Part shown: one piece after another, positions 36,218-45,070 of the stretch
How positions within the stretch are numbered: position 1 is the first letter of the stretch
Layout of the letters: the number at the start of each line of letters is the position of its first letter
Assembly: GCA_963813325.1 (NCBI GenBank)
Contig: CAWEYM010000003.1
Coordinates: 834,449-898,448, forward strand
DNA: 64,000 bases
Reading direction: 5' to 3'
Origin: an uncultured Acidobacteriota bacterium
Lineage (GTDB): Bacteria; Acidobacteriota; Vicinamibacteria; Vicinamibacterales; JAKQTR01
Notes under the pieces: model-generated
Databases searched by the model: none
The model's input: only the letters and a program-made list of their open reading frames with translations
What the model was told of the DNA's origin: nothing
Position numbers and translations under genes: made by a program

Positions 36218-37260
36218 GACGCGCGGGCGCGGTCGCGATCGTGGCGCTCGTCCTGGCGACGCTGTTCGCGCCGTGGTTGACGCCGCACGACCCGGGCGCG
36301 GCATTTCAAGATCGGTCCTACGCGCCCCCGATGCGGGTTCGCGTCGTTGATGACGAGGGGCGTGTCCGCGCGCCGTTCATCTATCCGCTCAGGCTGGTCA
36401 ATCGACTGGAGCGCCGGTACGCCGAGGATCGGACGCGGCCGGTTGCGCTGACGTGGTTCACCGGCGGCGTCGTCGCCCGCGCGGGCGACGAGCGTGCGGG
36501 GCCGTGGCTGCCGTTGGGGGCCGACAGCCTCGGGCGTGACGTGTTCGCCCGGCTCGTCTACGGGGGCAGGCTGTCGCTGGGCGTCGCGGTCGTCGCCACG
36601 CTGGGCGCCCTACTGCTGGGCATGACCTTTGGCGGTCTGGCGGGGCTGGCCGGCGGCTGGATCGACGAAAGCCTGATGCGGCTGTCGGACTTCGTGCTCG
36701 TCCTGCCTGCCATGTACGTCGTACTCGCGCTGCGGGCCTCGCTGCCGCTGGTGCTGTCGAGCCTCGAGGTCTTTCCCCTGATGGCGGGAATCCTCGCGTT
36801 GGTCGGCTGGCCGATCGTGGCGCGCGGCGTGCGGGCGATCGTTGCGGCGGAGCGCCGGCGCGACTACGCGCAGGCGGCGATCGCGGCAGGGGCCGGTCCC
36901 GGCCGCCTGCTCGTGCGGCATCTCCTGCCCGCGGCGCGCGGCTTTCTCGGCATCCAGGCCACGCTGCTGCTGCCGGCCTTCATCCTGGCCGAGGCGACAC
37001 TCTCGTTCGTCGGCCTCGGCTTCCCGGACCCGGCGACGAGCTGGGGATCGATGCTCCAGGAGGCGGCCAGTGTCGCCGCGTTGAGCGATGCCCCCTGGAC
37101 GCTCGCGCCGGCGGCGGCCATCGTGGCCGTGACCATCTCGGTGAACCTCGTCGTCCAGGCGCCCGCGTTGACAAGCACGCCGGGCTTCGGGAAGATCCGG
37201 ACATCGACCGCCGGCGGCTCGAGCCGGTTGCCATCGCCGGCGCGCGATCATCGGCTCTGA
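36214..37260 (+). CDS. ABC transporter permease (DppC/OppC-like)
   Basis: ATG 36214 overlaps the preceding stop. Features are PLGADSLGRDVFARLVYGGRLSL and an EAA-like loop (AAGAGPGRLLVRHLLP). The 30-aa C-terminal tail is unusual. Confidence 0.85.
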   Translation: MRRAGAVAIVALVLATLFAPWLTPHDPGAAFQDRSYAPPMRVRVVDDEGRVRAPFIYPLRLVNRLERRYAEDRTRPVALTWFTGGVVARAGDERAGPWLPLGADSLGRDVFARLVYGGRLSLGVAVVATLGALLLGMTFGGLAGLAGGWIDESLMRLSDFVLVLPAMYVVLALRASLPLVLSSLEVFPLMAGILALVGWPIVARGVRAIVAAERRRDYAQAAIAAGAGPGRLLVRHLLPAARGFLGIQATLLLPAFILAEATLSFVGLGFPDPATSWGSMLQEAASVAALSDAPWTLAPAAAIVAVTISVNLVVQAPALTSTPGFGKIRTSTAGGSSRLPSPARDHRL

Positions 37261-37276
37261 CTCACGGAAGGCCCAC

Positions 37277-38158
37277 ATGGATCTCAGCGGCATCTATCCT
37301 CCCATCGCGACCCCCTTCACGGACGACGAACTGGACCTGGCGGCGCTGAAGCACAACCTGAGCCGGTGGATGGGCACCGGGCTGCGGGGCGTGCTGGCGC
37401 TGGGGTCCAACGGCGAGGCCGCCCTGGTCGACGAGGACGAGGCCGAGCGCTACGTGGGCGCCGCGCGCGACGAGATGCCGCGGGATCGCCTCCTGCTCGT
37501 CGGCACGGGCCGGCAGTCGACGCGCGCCACCATCACGGCCACCCGCCGCGCAGCTCGCGCGGGCGCGGATGCCGCGCTGGTCGTGACGCCGTTCTTCTAC
37601 AAGAGCGCGATGACGGCCGACGCGCTCCTGCACCACTACCGCGCGGTCGCCGACGCGTCGCCCATGCCCATCGTGCTGTACAACGTCACCGGGTTCACCG
37701 GGGTCAACCTCCCGGTCGATGTCGTGGCGCAGCTGGCCGAGCACCCGAACGTCGTCGGCCTGAAGGACTCGAACGGCGATGTCGCGCAGGTGGCGGACGC
37801 GGTGAGCCGGGTGCCGGCCGGATTCAGCGTCCTCGTCGGGTCGGCGCCGACGTTGTTTCCCGCCATGATGGTCGGGGCCGTCGGCGGCATCGTGGGCGTG
37901 GCCGGCGTGGTGCCCGACCTGTGCGTGCGCCTGTTCGACCTGGTCCGCGCCGGGCGCTACGACGAGGCGCGGGTTCTGCAGCAGCGGCTCACGCCCCTGG
38001 CCAGGTCGGTGACAACGGTGTACGGCCCCGCAGGGTTGAAGGCGGCGATGGAGATGACCGGCTACCGCGGCGGGGTGCCGCGCCCGCCCCTGCGTCCCGT
38101 CGCGACGGCGGCACTGGAGGTGCTGCGACGGCAGATCGACGCGCTGCTCGCAGCGTGA
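37277..38158 (+). CDS. dihydrodipicolinate synthase family class I aldolase (DapA/HOGA-like)
   Basis: GSNGEA motif, Tyr context VTPFFYK, and Schiff-base Lys context VVGLKDSNGD. Confidence 0.85.
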   Translation: MDLSGIYPPIATPFTDDELDLAALKHNLSRWMGTGLRGVLALGSNGEAALVDEDEAERYVGAARDEMPRDRLLLVGTGRQSTRATITATRRAARAGADAALVVTPFFYKSAMTADALLHHYRAVADASPMPIVLYNVTGFTGVNLPVDVVAQLAEHPNVVGLKDSNGDVAQVADAVSRVPAGFSVLVGSAPTLFPAMMVGAVGGIVGVAGVVPDLCVRLFDLVRAGRYDEARVLQQRLTPLARSVTTVYGPAGLKAAMEMTGYRGGVPRPPLRPVATAALEVLRRQIDALLAA

Positions 38159-38246
38159 GCGGCGACGCGGAGCCGCGCACGGCGCTTCCACCCGCTCCGG
38201 CTCACTTCCGCGCCGCCACCGAGGTTCCCGTTTACTACTGTCGAAG

Positions 38247-39416
38247 GTGATCATGATCCAGCTTCCCGCATCCGAACGCATCCTTCTTGGTCCGGGCCCC
38301 AGCATGGTCTCGCCGCGCGTCATGCGGACGATGGCCGCGCCCGTCCTGAGCCATCTCGATCCCGACCTGATGGCCATGATGGACGAGCTGCGCGCTCAGC
38401 TCGCGGGCGCCTTTCGGGCGCCGGACGGGGCCTTCGCCTTCGCGGTGTCGGGCACCGGGACGTCGGCCATGGAGACGGCCGTGGCCAACCTGGTGACCGG
38501 CGGCACGCGCGTCGTCTCGCTGGTCGGCGGCTACTTCGCCGATCGCATCGCTCAGATGGCCCAGCGCTACGGGGGCCAGGTCACGCGGCTCGAGTACGAG
38601 TGGGGTCGGGCGTGCGATCCCGACGCTGTCCGTCGCGTGCTGAAGCAGCACGGCGCCGACGTCGTGACGGTCGTGCACGCCGAGACGTCGACCGGTGTGC
38701 TCAACCCCATCGAGGCGATCGCCGCCATCGCCCGGGAGCACGGCGCCTTGACGATCGTCGACGCGGTGACCTCGCTCGGCGGGCACCCGCTCGCGGTGGG
38801 CGCCTGGGGCATCGACGCGTGCTACAGCTGCGCGCAGAAGTGCATCGGGGCGCCGTCGGGCATCGCGCCCGTCGCCTTCGCCGCTGCCGCACTCGCGCGC
38901 CGCGTGAAATCGCCGAGCTTCTACTTCGATCTCGGGCTGCTGGAGGACTACTGGCTGCGCCGCAAGTACCACCACACGATCTGCGCCAGCCTGATCTACG
39001 CATTGCGCGAGGCGCTCCTGATGGTCGAGGAAGAGGGACTCGAGGCGCGCTGGGCGCGCCACCGGCGCCATCACCTGGCGCTGGCCGCCGGGCTGGGCGC
39101 GATGGGCCTCGAGCTGCTGCCGCCGCAGGGCGAGCGGCTGTGGACCCTGAACGCGGTCTGCGTGCCGGACGGCGTGGACGAGGCGGCCGTGCGCAAGGAC
39201 ATGCTCGTGCGCTTCAACATCGAGGTGGGGGCGGGGCTCGGCCCGCTGGCCGGACGGATCTGGCGCGTGGGCCTGATGGGGGCCAGCTCGACGCCCGACA
39301 TCATCCTGCTGTTCCTCGGGGCGTTCGAGCAGGTCCTCCGCGCGCGGGGTGCGGCGATTCCCCGCGGGGCCGGGACGGCGGCCGCGGGCGACGCGCTGTC
39401 AGGCGCAGGGGAGTAG
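38247..39416 (+). CDS. class V aminotransferase (alanine--glyoxylate / serine--pyruvate type)
   Basis: N-terminus LLGPGPSMVSPRV, then HAETSTGV, TIVDAVTSLGG, and PLP-Lys context SCAQKCIGAPSG. Confidence 0.85.
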   Translation: MIMIQLPASERILLGPGPSMVSPRVMRTMAAPVLSHLDPDLMAMMDELRAQLAGAFRAPDGAFAFAVSGTGTSAMETAVANLVTGGTRVVSLVGGYFADRIAQMAQRYGGQVTRLEYEWGRACDPDAVRRVLKQHGADVVTVVHAETSTGVLNPIEAIAAIAREHGALTIVDAVTSLGGHPLAVGAWGIDACYSCAQKCIGAPSGIAPVAFAAAALARRVKSPSFYFDLGLLEDYWLRRKYHHTICASLIYALREALLMVEEEGLEARWARHRRHHLALAAGLGAMGLELLPPQGERLWTLNAVCVPDGVDEAAVRKDMLVRFNIEVGAGLGPLAGRIWRVGLMGASSTPDIILLFLGAFEQVLRARGAAIPRGAGTAAAGDALSGAGE

Positions 39417-39473
39417 CCCTGGAGCGAGTCGCCGCCCTGGGGTCGGGCGGCGGCGCGCGGGAACGACGAGCGT

Positions 39474-40283
39474 ATGCGCAAGCTCCGCACGATTGGGGTG
39501 TGGGCGCTGGCCGCCGCGGCAGCGGCCTTCGCCTACCTTGCGTACGTGTACATCACCCTGCCCGACGTGCGGGCGCTCCGGAAGGTCAACCCGGCCACGA
39601 CGGCCTTCATCGATCTGCGGGCGCGCGAGGCGCGCGGCGCGGGCAAACCGGTCCGGCGCGTCCAGCGCTGGGTGGCCTACGAGCGGATCTCGCCGAGCCT
39701 CCGCCGCGCGGTCCTGGTCACCGAGGACGCCGCGTTCTTCGACCATGAGGGCATCGACTTCGACGAGCTCGGGAAGTCCCTGGAGCTCGACTGGAAGCGG
39801 GGCCGAATCGCCCGCGGCGGCAGCACCATCACCCAGCAGCTCGCCAAGAACCTCTACCTGTCGCCGTCGAAGAACCCCCTGCGGAAGGTCCGGGAGTTTC
39901 TGATCGCCCGGCGGCTCGAGGCCGAACTGAGCAAGCGTCGCATCCTGGAGATCTACCTCAACGTCATCGAGTGGGGCGACGGCGTGTACGGCGCGGAGGC
40001 CGCCGCCCGCCAGTACTTCCATGTGTCGGCCGCCGCGCTGTCGCCCGAGCAGGCCGCGCTGCTGGCGGCGGTCATCATCAACCCGCGCCGCTACAATGCG
40101 GGCCGCCCGTCGGCCTGGCTGCTGCGCCGCCAGCGGCTCATCCTGCGCCGGATGGGCTCGGTCGAGCCGCCGCCCCCGGCCCCGTCTGACGGCGCGCCGG
40201 CGGTGTCCGGCCCGGGGCCCTCCGCGCCGACGGACCGCCCGGAATCCGCCGGGCCGGCGCCGATTCGGGCCCCCGGGGGCTAA
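39474..40283 (+). CDS. mtgA: monofunctional biosynthetic peptidoglycan transglycosylase
   Basis: An N-terminal anchor followed by GT51 motifs EDAAFFDHEGID, GGSTITQQLAKN and RILEIYLN. Confidence 0.9.
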   Translation: MRKLRTIGVWALAAAAAAFAYLAYVYITLPDVRALRKVNPATTAFIDLRAREARGAGKPVRRVQRWVAYERISPSLRRAVLVTEDAAFFDHEGIDFDELGKSLELDWKRGRIARGGSTITQQLAKNLYLSPSKNPLRKVREFLIARRLEAELSKRRILEIYLNVIEWGDGVYGAEAAARQYFHVSAAALSPEQAALLAAVIINPRRYNAGRPSAWLLRRQRLILRRMGSVEPPPPAPSDGAPAVSGPGPSAPTDRPESAGPAPIRAPGG

Positions 40284-40385
40284 AGAACAGGTCCCCGGGA
40301 ACCGACATGATCTGCTGGGAGACGCCAGCCGGGCGCCTCCGCTCCAGTCATCCACCGGCCACGAGAACGCGGCGTTCCCGAACGC

Positions 40386-41246
40386 ATGATCGATTACACC
40401 CACCAAGTCCGCCTCCTGATGGAGGATATCGTCCGCCGGGTGCCCGCGCTCTCCTTCATCGACCTGCGCGAGGTGCTGGTCTTCGCCCGCTCCGGACGGA
40501 CGGGAACCGATGGCGCCTTCGCCACCTGCCACAGCCTGAGCCTGCCTGACAGCGAGCCCGGCTATTACTACTGGCGGGACCGGCGCACCGGGAAGATCAC
40601 CCGGCGATCCGAGTGGTTCGTGACCCGCTCGCCGCACGTGCGGATCGGTCACGTGCGCATCAAGTACCTCGTGTCCATCGCCTTGCCGCGCCTGTGTGAC
40701 CAGACGCTGCGCGGGTCGCGAAAGGAAGACATCTACCCGGGTGGCGAGGACTGGCTGGCGAAGCTCGACACGATCGTCCACGAGTTGTATCACGTGGACC
40801 CGCACCAGGCCGGCATCCGCGCGAGCCTGCGCAGCGACGGGCGCCCGGCGGCCGTCTCGCACACCCCCCAGTTCTTCGAGGACGTCGCGCGCATGGTCCG
40901 GGAGTACCAGGCGACCAGGCCGGATTCCGGGGTGTACGAGTTCCTTCGGGAGGATTTCCACGGGCTGACCCGTCGGTTCGGCGGCGTCGTGGCGACGACC
41001 TTCAAGGGCTATCCGTCGTTTCCGCAGCGCTATCGCGAGCGCCTGCCCGAGCAGCCGCGCGCCCCGAAAACGGCGCGGGTCATCGCCCTGGCCGAGCCGT
41101 CCCGTCCCCGCCACTATTCGGACAGCGACCTCGAATTGCGACAGTTCCTCGACCACTCGGCCCGCCGCCTTGCGGGCGCGGACCGCGGCGCGAATCTCCC
41201 CGGTCGCCCCGCGCCGGTCCGGCCTGGCCTCCGCGTCACCGCCTGA
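40386..41246 (+). CDS. hypothetical protein with HExxH motif (putative metallopeptidase-like)
   Basis: 286 aa. The only recognisable feature is TIVHELYHVDPH (HExxH). It has no signal peptide. Confidence 0.55.
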   Translation: MIDYTHQVRLLMEDIVRRVPALSFIDLREVLVFARSGRTGTDGAFATCHSLSLPDSEPGYYYWRDRRTGKITRRSEWFVTRSPHVRIGHVRIKYLVSIALPRLCDQTLRGSRKEDIYPGGEDWLAKLDTIVHELYHVDPHQAGIRASLRSDGRPAAVSHTPQFFEDVARMVREYQATRPDSGVYEFLREDFHGLTRRFGGVVATTFKGYPSFPQRYRERLPEQPRAPKTARVIALAEPSRPRHYSDSDLELRQFLDHSARRLAGADRGANLPGRPAPVRPGLRVTA

Positions 41247-41337
41247 CCGCCACCGGGAGATCTGGAATCTCCCTTGCATCCCCTCACCCTCCGGGCGCTA
41301 TGCTGTCCTTAGGAAGAGACGCCATCCGGACAGGAGG

Positions 41338-41940
41338 ATGCAGCGCGTGAGCTACATGTCCAGACGCTGGGCCGTGCTGACGGCCGTGATCGGCCTGGCC
41401 GGCTGGGCCACGATGGCCTGGGCCACGACCGTCGTGCCGCCGACGTTCGACGAGCTGGTGGCGCGCGCGCAAACCGTCTTCGTGGGCGACACCGTGAATG
41501 TTCAGCCCCGCTGGGTGTCGACGCCGTCCGGGCCTGCCATCGTGACCATGGTCACCTTCCGCGTGGTGCGCACGCTGAAGGGCGAGCTCGGCAGTCAGAC
41601 CGTCCTCGAATTCCTTGGCGGGACGATCGGCGAGGATCGGCTGGAGATCGTCGGGATGCCCAAGTTCCGCCCGGGGGACCGCGACGTCCTGTTCGTCGAT
41701 GGCCGCGGGCGTCCCATGAGCCCGATCGTGGCCATGATGCACGGGCGCTTCCGCGTGCTGCACGATCCGGTCTCCGGCCGCGAATCGGTCGCCCGGTTCG
41801 ACTTCGAACCGCTCGCCGGCGTGCAGACGCTGGGGGCTGCCGCCGCGCCGCCGCGCGTCCCGGCATCGCGCGCCATGTCGCTGGCCGAGTTCGAGGGCGA
41901 GATCGCCCGGGCAGTCCGGAGGCAGCCCGCGCTGCGCTGA
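41338..41940 (+). CDS. secreted hypothetical protein
   Basis: ATG 41338 is preceded immediately by AGGAGG. Signal peptide RRWAVLTAVIGLAGWATMAWA. No family recognised. Confidence 0.65.
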   Translation: MQRVSYMSRRWAVLTAVIGLAGWATMAWATTVVPPTFDELVARAQTVFVGDTVNVQPRWVSTPSGPAIVTMVTFRVVRTLKGELGSQTVLEFLGGTIGEDRLEIVGMPKFRPGDRDVLFVDGRGRPMSPIVAMMHGRFRVLHDPVSGRESVARFDFEPLAGVQTLGAAAAPPRVPASRAMSLAEFEGEIARAVRRQPALR

Positions 41941-41949
41941 GCGGTCACC

Positions 41950-43062
41950 ATGCGCAAACTGCCCGTCGCGTCGCTCCTCATTGCGTTCGCCGGATCTGCG
42001 CTGAGCGCCTACTGGCTCGCGGGCCAGACCTGGCCCACGGGCTCCATCGTGCCGACCTACATCCAGCTCGGTGCGTCCCCTCAGCTCATCGACGGCTGCC
42101 CCGACTGGTCGTGCGTGGCGATGAGCGCGATCAGCGACTGGAACGGCTATCTTGGCAACATCCAGCTGCAGGGGATCCCCAACGCGGCGCAGGCGTCCGG
42201 CGAGAGCAACAAGCGCAACGACATGTTCTTCGCGGCCGACGTCTATGGTGATTCGTTCGACGCCAACACCCTCGCGACGACGGTCTACTGGTACCGGGGC
42301 GACAGGCTGGTGGAGGGTGACGTCGTCTTCAACAGCGCCAAGCGGTGGGACTCGTACCGCGGGCCGACGCGGTTCGGCAGTTCCGGGCGGGTTTACGACC
42401 TCAGGCGCGTCGCGGTCCATGAGCTCGGCCACGTGCTCGGCCTCGGGCACCCCGACGAACACGGGCAGAACGTGGTGGCGCTGATGAACAGCTTCATCGG
42501 CGACATGGACGATCTTGCCGCGGACGACATTGCCGGCATCTCGTCGCTGTACGGCGGCGGAAGCGGCGGGTCGGGCGCAAGCATCCCGTTCCCGCCGCGC
42601 AACGAAACCTACGATTTCCGATCCTGGCTCGAAGCGAAGTACCGGAACGACCTTGGCCGCGGCCAGGGCCCGAGCTACGCGGACGTCGAGGGCGCCGTCG
42701 TGTGGACGCAGGAGTATCTGCGCTACCGGCTGAACGCCTGCTCGCACGACCAGGCGGTCCAGCGCATCCGCATGCAGATCGGGGGCGGCGGGGTGCCGCC
42801 GGTGTGCGGGACGCCGCCGTCGACGACCGTGATCGCATTCCCTCCGCGCGACGAAACGTACGGGTTTCGGCTGCAGCTCGAGGACATCTATCGGGACGAC
42901 CTCAAGCGCGACGCGGTCCAGACGGCGGTCGATTCCGAGGGCGACGTGGTCTGGATCCAGGAGTACCTGCGCTACCGGCTGAACCGCTGCACGCATGCGC
43001 AGTCCGTGGACAAGGTGAACGCGCAGATCGACGGCCGGGGCGTCCAGCCCGTCTGCCGTTGA
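41950..43062 (+). CDS. secreted matrixin-like (M10) zinc metalloprotease with two tandem C-terminal ~75-aa domains
   Basis: Signal peptide, then HELGHVLGLGHPDEH (HExxHxxGxxH). Two repeats follow, starting FPPRNETYDFR... and FPPRDETYGFR..., each ending in PVC. Confidence 0.8.
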   Translation: MRKLPVASLLIAFAGSALSAYWLAGQTWPTGSIVPTYIQLGASPQLIDGCPDWSCVAMSAISDWNGYLGNIQLQGIPNAAQASGESNKRNDMFFAADVYGDSFDANTLATTVYWYRGDRLVEGDVVFNSAKRWDSYRGPTRFGSSGRVYDLRRVAVHELGHVLGLGHPDEHGQNVVALMNSFIGDMDDLAADDIAGISSLYGGGSGGSGASIPFPPRNETYDFRSWLEAKYRNDLGRGQGPSYADVEGAVVWTQEYLRYRLNACSHDQAVQRIRMQIGGGGVPPVCGTPPSTTVIAFPPRDETYGFRLQLEDIYRDDLKRDAVQTAVDSEGDVVWIQEYLRYRLNRCTHAQSVDKVNAQIDGRGVQPVCR

Positions 43063-43116
43063 CCGGGGCGGCGCGCGTGCGCCGCATGGGTGTTCGATCA
43101 TCGAAGGAGTCGCACC

Positions 43117-43830
43117 GTGCGAGTCGGCGTGACGACGGCGACAGCGTTGGCAATCGTGATGGGCTGCGGGCCGGCGGCGTTCGCCGGCCCGGCGTGGGAC
43201 ACCGCCAGCGCCTGGGTCTGTGGGTTCCAGGGCCAGGACCGCCTCTGGGCGATCGACTGGGACGCCGGGGGCCCTGCGGCGCGGGGCGAGGGCGGCGCCC
43301 CAGCCGCCGGGGACATCGACTGGCTGGCGTTGCCGCCGGATATCCCGGATGCCCAGCCGGCTGGGCGCCCGCGCGCCCGCGCCTTCGAGTACAGCCGGAG
43401 CTACGAGATCCGGCGCAAGATTCACAAGTACGCGAGCTTCGCCACCATTCCCCTGTTCGTCGCCGAATACGCCGTGGGCCAGAAGCTCTACAACGGCACC
43501 GCATCCGAATCCGCCAGGTCCCTCCATGGCGGGCTGGCGGGCGCAACCGGCGTCCTGTTCGGCGTGAACAGCGTGACCGGGGTGTGGAACCTGTGGGAGG
43601 GCCGCAAGGACCCCAACGGGCGGACCCGCCGGATGATCCACGGGATCCTGATGCTGGGCGCCGACGCGGGCTTCGTCGCGACCGGCATGCTGGCCCCCGA
43701 CCACGAGGAGGGGCGCTTCCGCGTGCCGGGCGACTCGGGCGGCAACGCCGGGACCCACCGCGCCGTCGCGCTGACGTCGATGGGCGTGGCGCTGGCCAGC
43801 TACCTGATGATGCTGTTCTGGAGAGACTGA
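43117..43830 (+). CDS. membrane (lipo)protein, 4 predicted TM helices each carrying a His
   Basis: I chose GTG 43117 because GAAGGAG lies 7 nt upstream. The N-terminus is lipobox-like (ALAIVMGC). Hydrophobic segments occur around IHKYASF..., LHGGLAGATGVLFG, MIHGILMLGADAGF and THRAVALTSMGVAL. Confidence 0.6.
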   Translation: MRVGVTTATALAIVMGCGPAAFAGPAWDTASAWVCGFQGQDRLWAIDWDAGGPAARGEGGAPAAGDIDWLALPPDIPDAQPAGRPRARAFEYSRSYEIRRKIHKYASFATIPLFVAEYAVGQKLYNGTASESARSLHGGLAGATGVLFGVNSVTGVWNLWEGRKDPNGRTRRMIHGILMLGADAGFVATGMLAPDHEEGRFRVPGDSGGNAGTHRAVALTSMGVALASYLMMLFWRD

Positions 43831-43831
43831 C

Positions 43832-44323
43832 GTGGCAGCCCCCGAGATCCTCACGCGCATGGTCGAGGGCTGGGCCTCGACCTACAGCCATTCGAAGGCC
43901 GTGTCGAACGGCGTCATCTTCCTGCACCTCGCGGCCCTGTTGCTCGGCGGCGGCGCAGCCGTGGCGGCCGATCGGGCCACGGTGCGGGCCGGGTCGGCCG
44001 GCGAGGCGCATCGCGATCATCATCTGGCGGAACTCGCGGCGTTGCACCCGATCGTCCTGTCGGGGCTGGCGCTCGCGTTTGGGACCGGCCTGCTGCTGTT
44101 CCTGGCGGACCTCGACACCTACTGGACCATGGGGTGGTTCTGGCTCAAGCTCGGGCTGATCGCCGTGCTCCTGGGCAACGGCTACGCGATGCTGCGCGCG
44201 GAGCGCGCCGTCCGGGCTGGCGTCGAGACCGCGTGGCCGAGGCTCAAGGCGACCGCGATCGCCAGCGCGGTCTTGTGGTTCACCATCGTGCTCGTCAGCA
44301 CCATCATGACCTCCGCGGGATGA
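43832..44323 (+). CDS. integral membrane protein (about 4 TM), unknown function
   Basis: 163 aa, starting 1 nt after the preceding stop. Hydrophobic segments include VIFLHLAALLLGGG, IVLSGLALAFGTGLLLF, WLKLGLIAVLLGNG and ASAVLWFTIVLVSTI. Confidence 0.6.
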   Translation: MAAPEILTRMVEGWASTYSHSKAVSNGVIFLHLAALLLGGGAAVAADRATVRAGSAGEAHRDHHLAELAALHPIVLSGLALAFGTGLLLFLADLDTYWTMGWFWLKLGLIAVLLGNGYAMLRAERAVRAGVETAWPRLKATAIASAVLWFTIVLVSTIMTSAG

Positions 44324-44346
44324 GGTCGATTCGGGAGCAGTGCGAC

Positions 44347-44883
44347 ATGCATCGGAGCGACGGACCGGCCGAGGGGCGGCCGGCATCACGTACGTGCGGC
44401 GGCGGGTGTCGGCCCGGTCGGCGGGCGTTCCTGCGGCAGGCGGCGGTGGCCATCGCGGGGACCATGGCGGCGATCGGAATCAGCGAAGGGGCGGATGCGA
44501 TGACGGTGGGCTTCGGCGACCCCGGCCGTGCCGAGGGCGACGAGCTGACCTACCCGCTGCCCGCCGCTGACGGGGCCACCATCGACCGCACCAACCAGGT
44601 GATCATCGTCCGGTACCAGGGCAACGTGTACGCCTTCAACCTGTCGTGCCCGCACCAGAACGCCGCGGTCCGCTGGAAGCCCGCCGACGGGCGCTTCGAG
44701 TGCACGCGCCACGACTCCAAGTACCGCCTTGACGGGGTGTACCTGGAGGGACGCGCCACGCGGAACATGGACCGTTTCGCAATCCGCCGGGCCGGCGACA
44801 GCGTCGTCGTGGATGTCTCGAAGATGTACTCGTCAGACCTCCAGGCCGGCGAGTGGAAAGCGGCGGAGATCAAGCTCGGGTGA
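44347..44883 (+). CDS. TAT-exported Rieske (2Fe-2S) domain protein
   Basis: Twin-arginine signal GRRAFLRQAAVAIAG. Rieske ligand boxes are SCPHQ (CxH) and CTRHDS (CxxH). Confidence 0.82.
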   Translation: MHRSDGPAEGRPASRTCGGGCRPGRRAFLRQAAVAIAGTMAAIGISEGADAMTVGFGDPGRAEGDELTYPLPAADGATIDRTNQVIIVRYQGNVYAFNLSCPHQNAAVRWKPADGRFECTRHDSKYRLDGVYLEGRATRNMDRFAIRRAGDSVVVDVSKMYSSDLQAGEWKAAEIKLG

Positions 44884-45070
44884 GGCGGCCGGCGTCCGAC
44901 CGGGTCGGGGACGAGCGGTCATCCTTCGCTTTTCGTGCGCCAGGCGAACGGTCGTGGGGCGCCATGTCGTCCTGATGTCCTGCCCGTGGCGCGACGGGAT
45001 GCTTTCCGGTTCGCGGGGCGGAGCGGACCGAACGAACAACTGGCGCAGCCGATTCGCCGATTCGTGAAGG

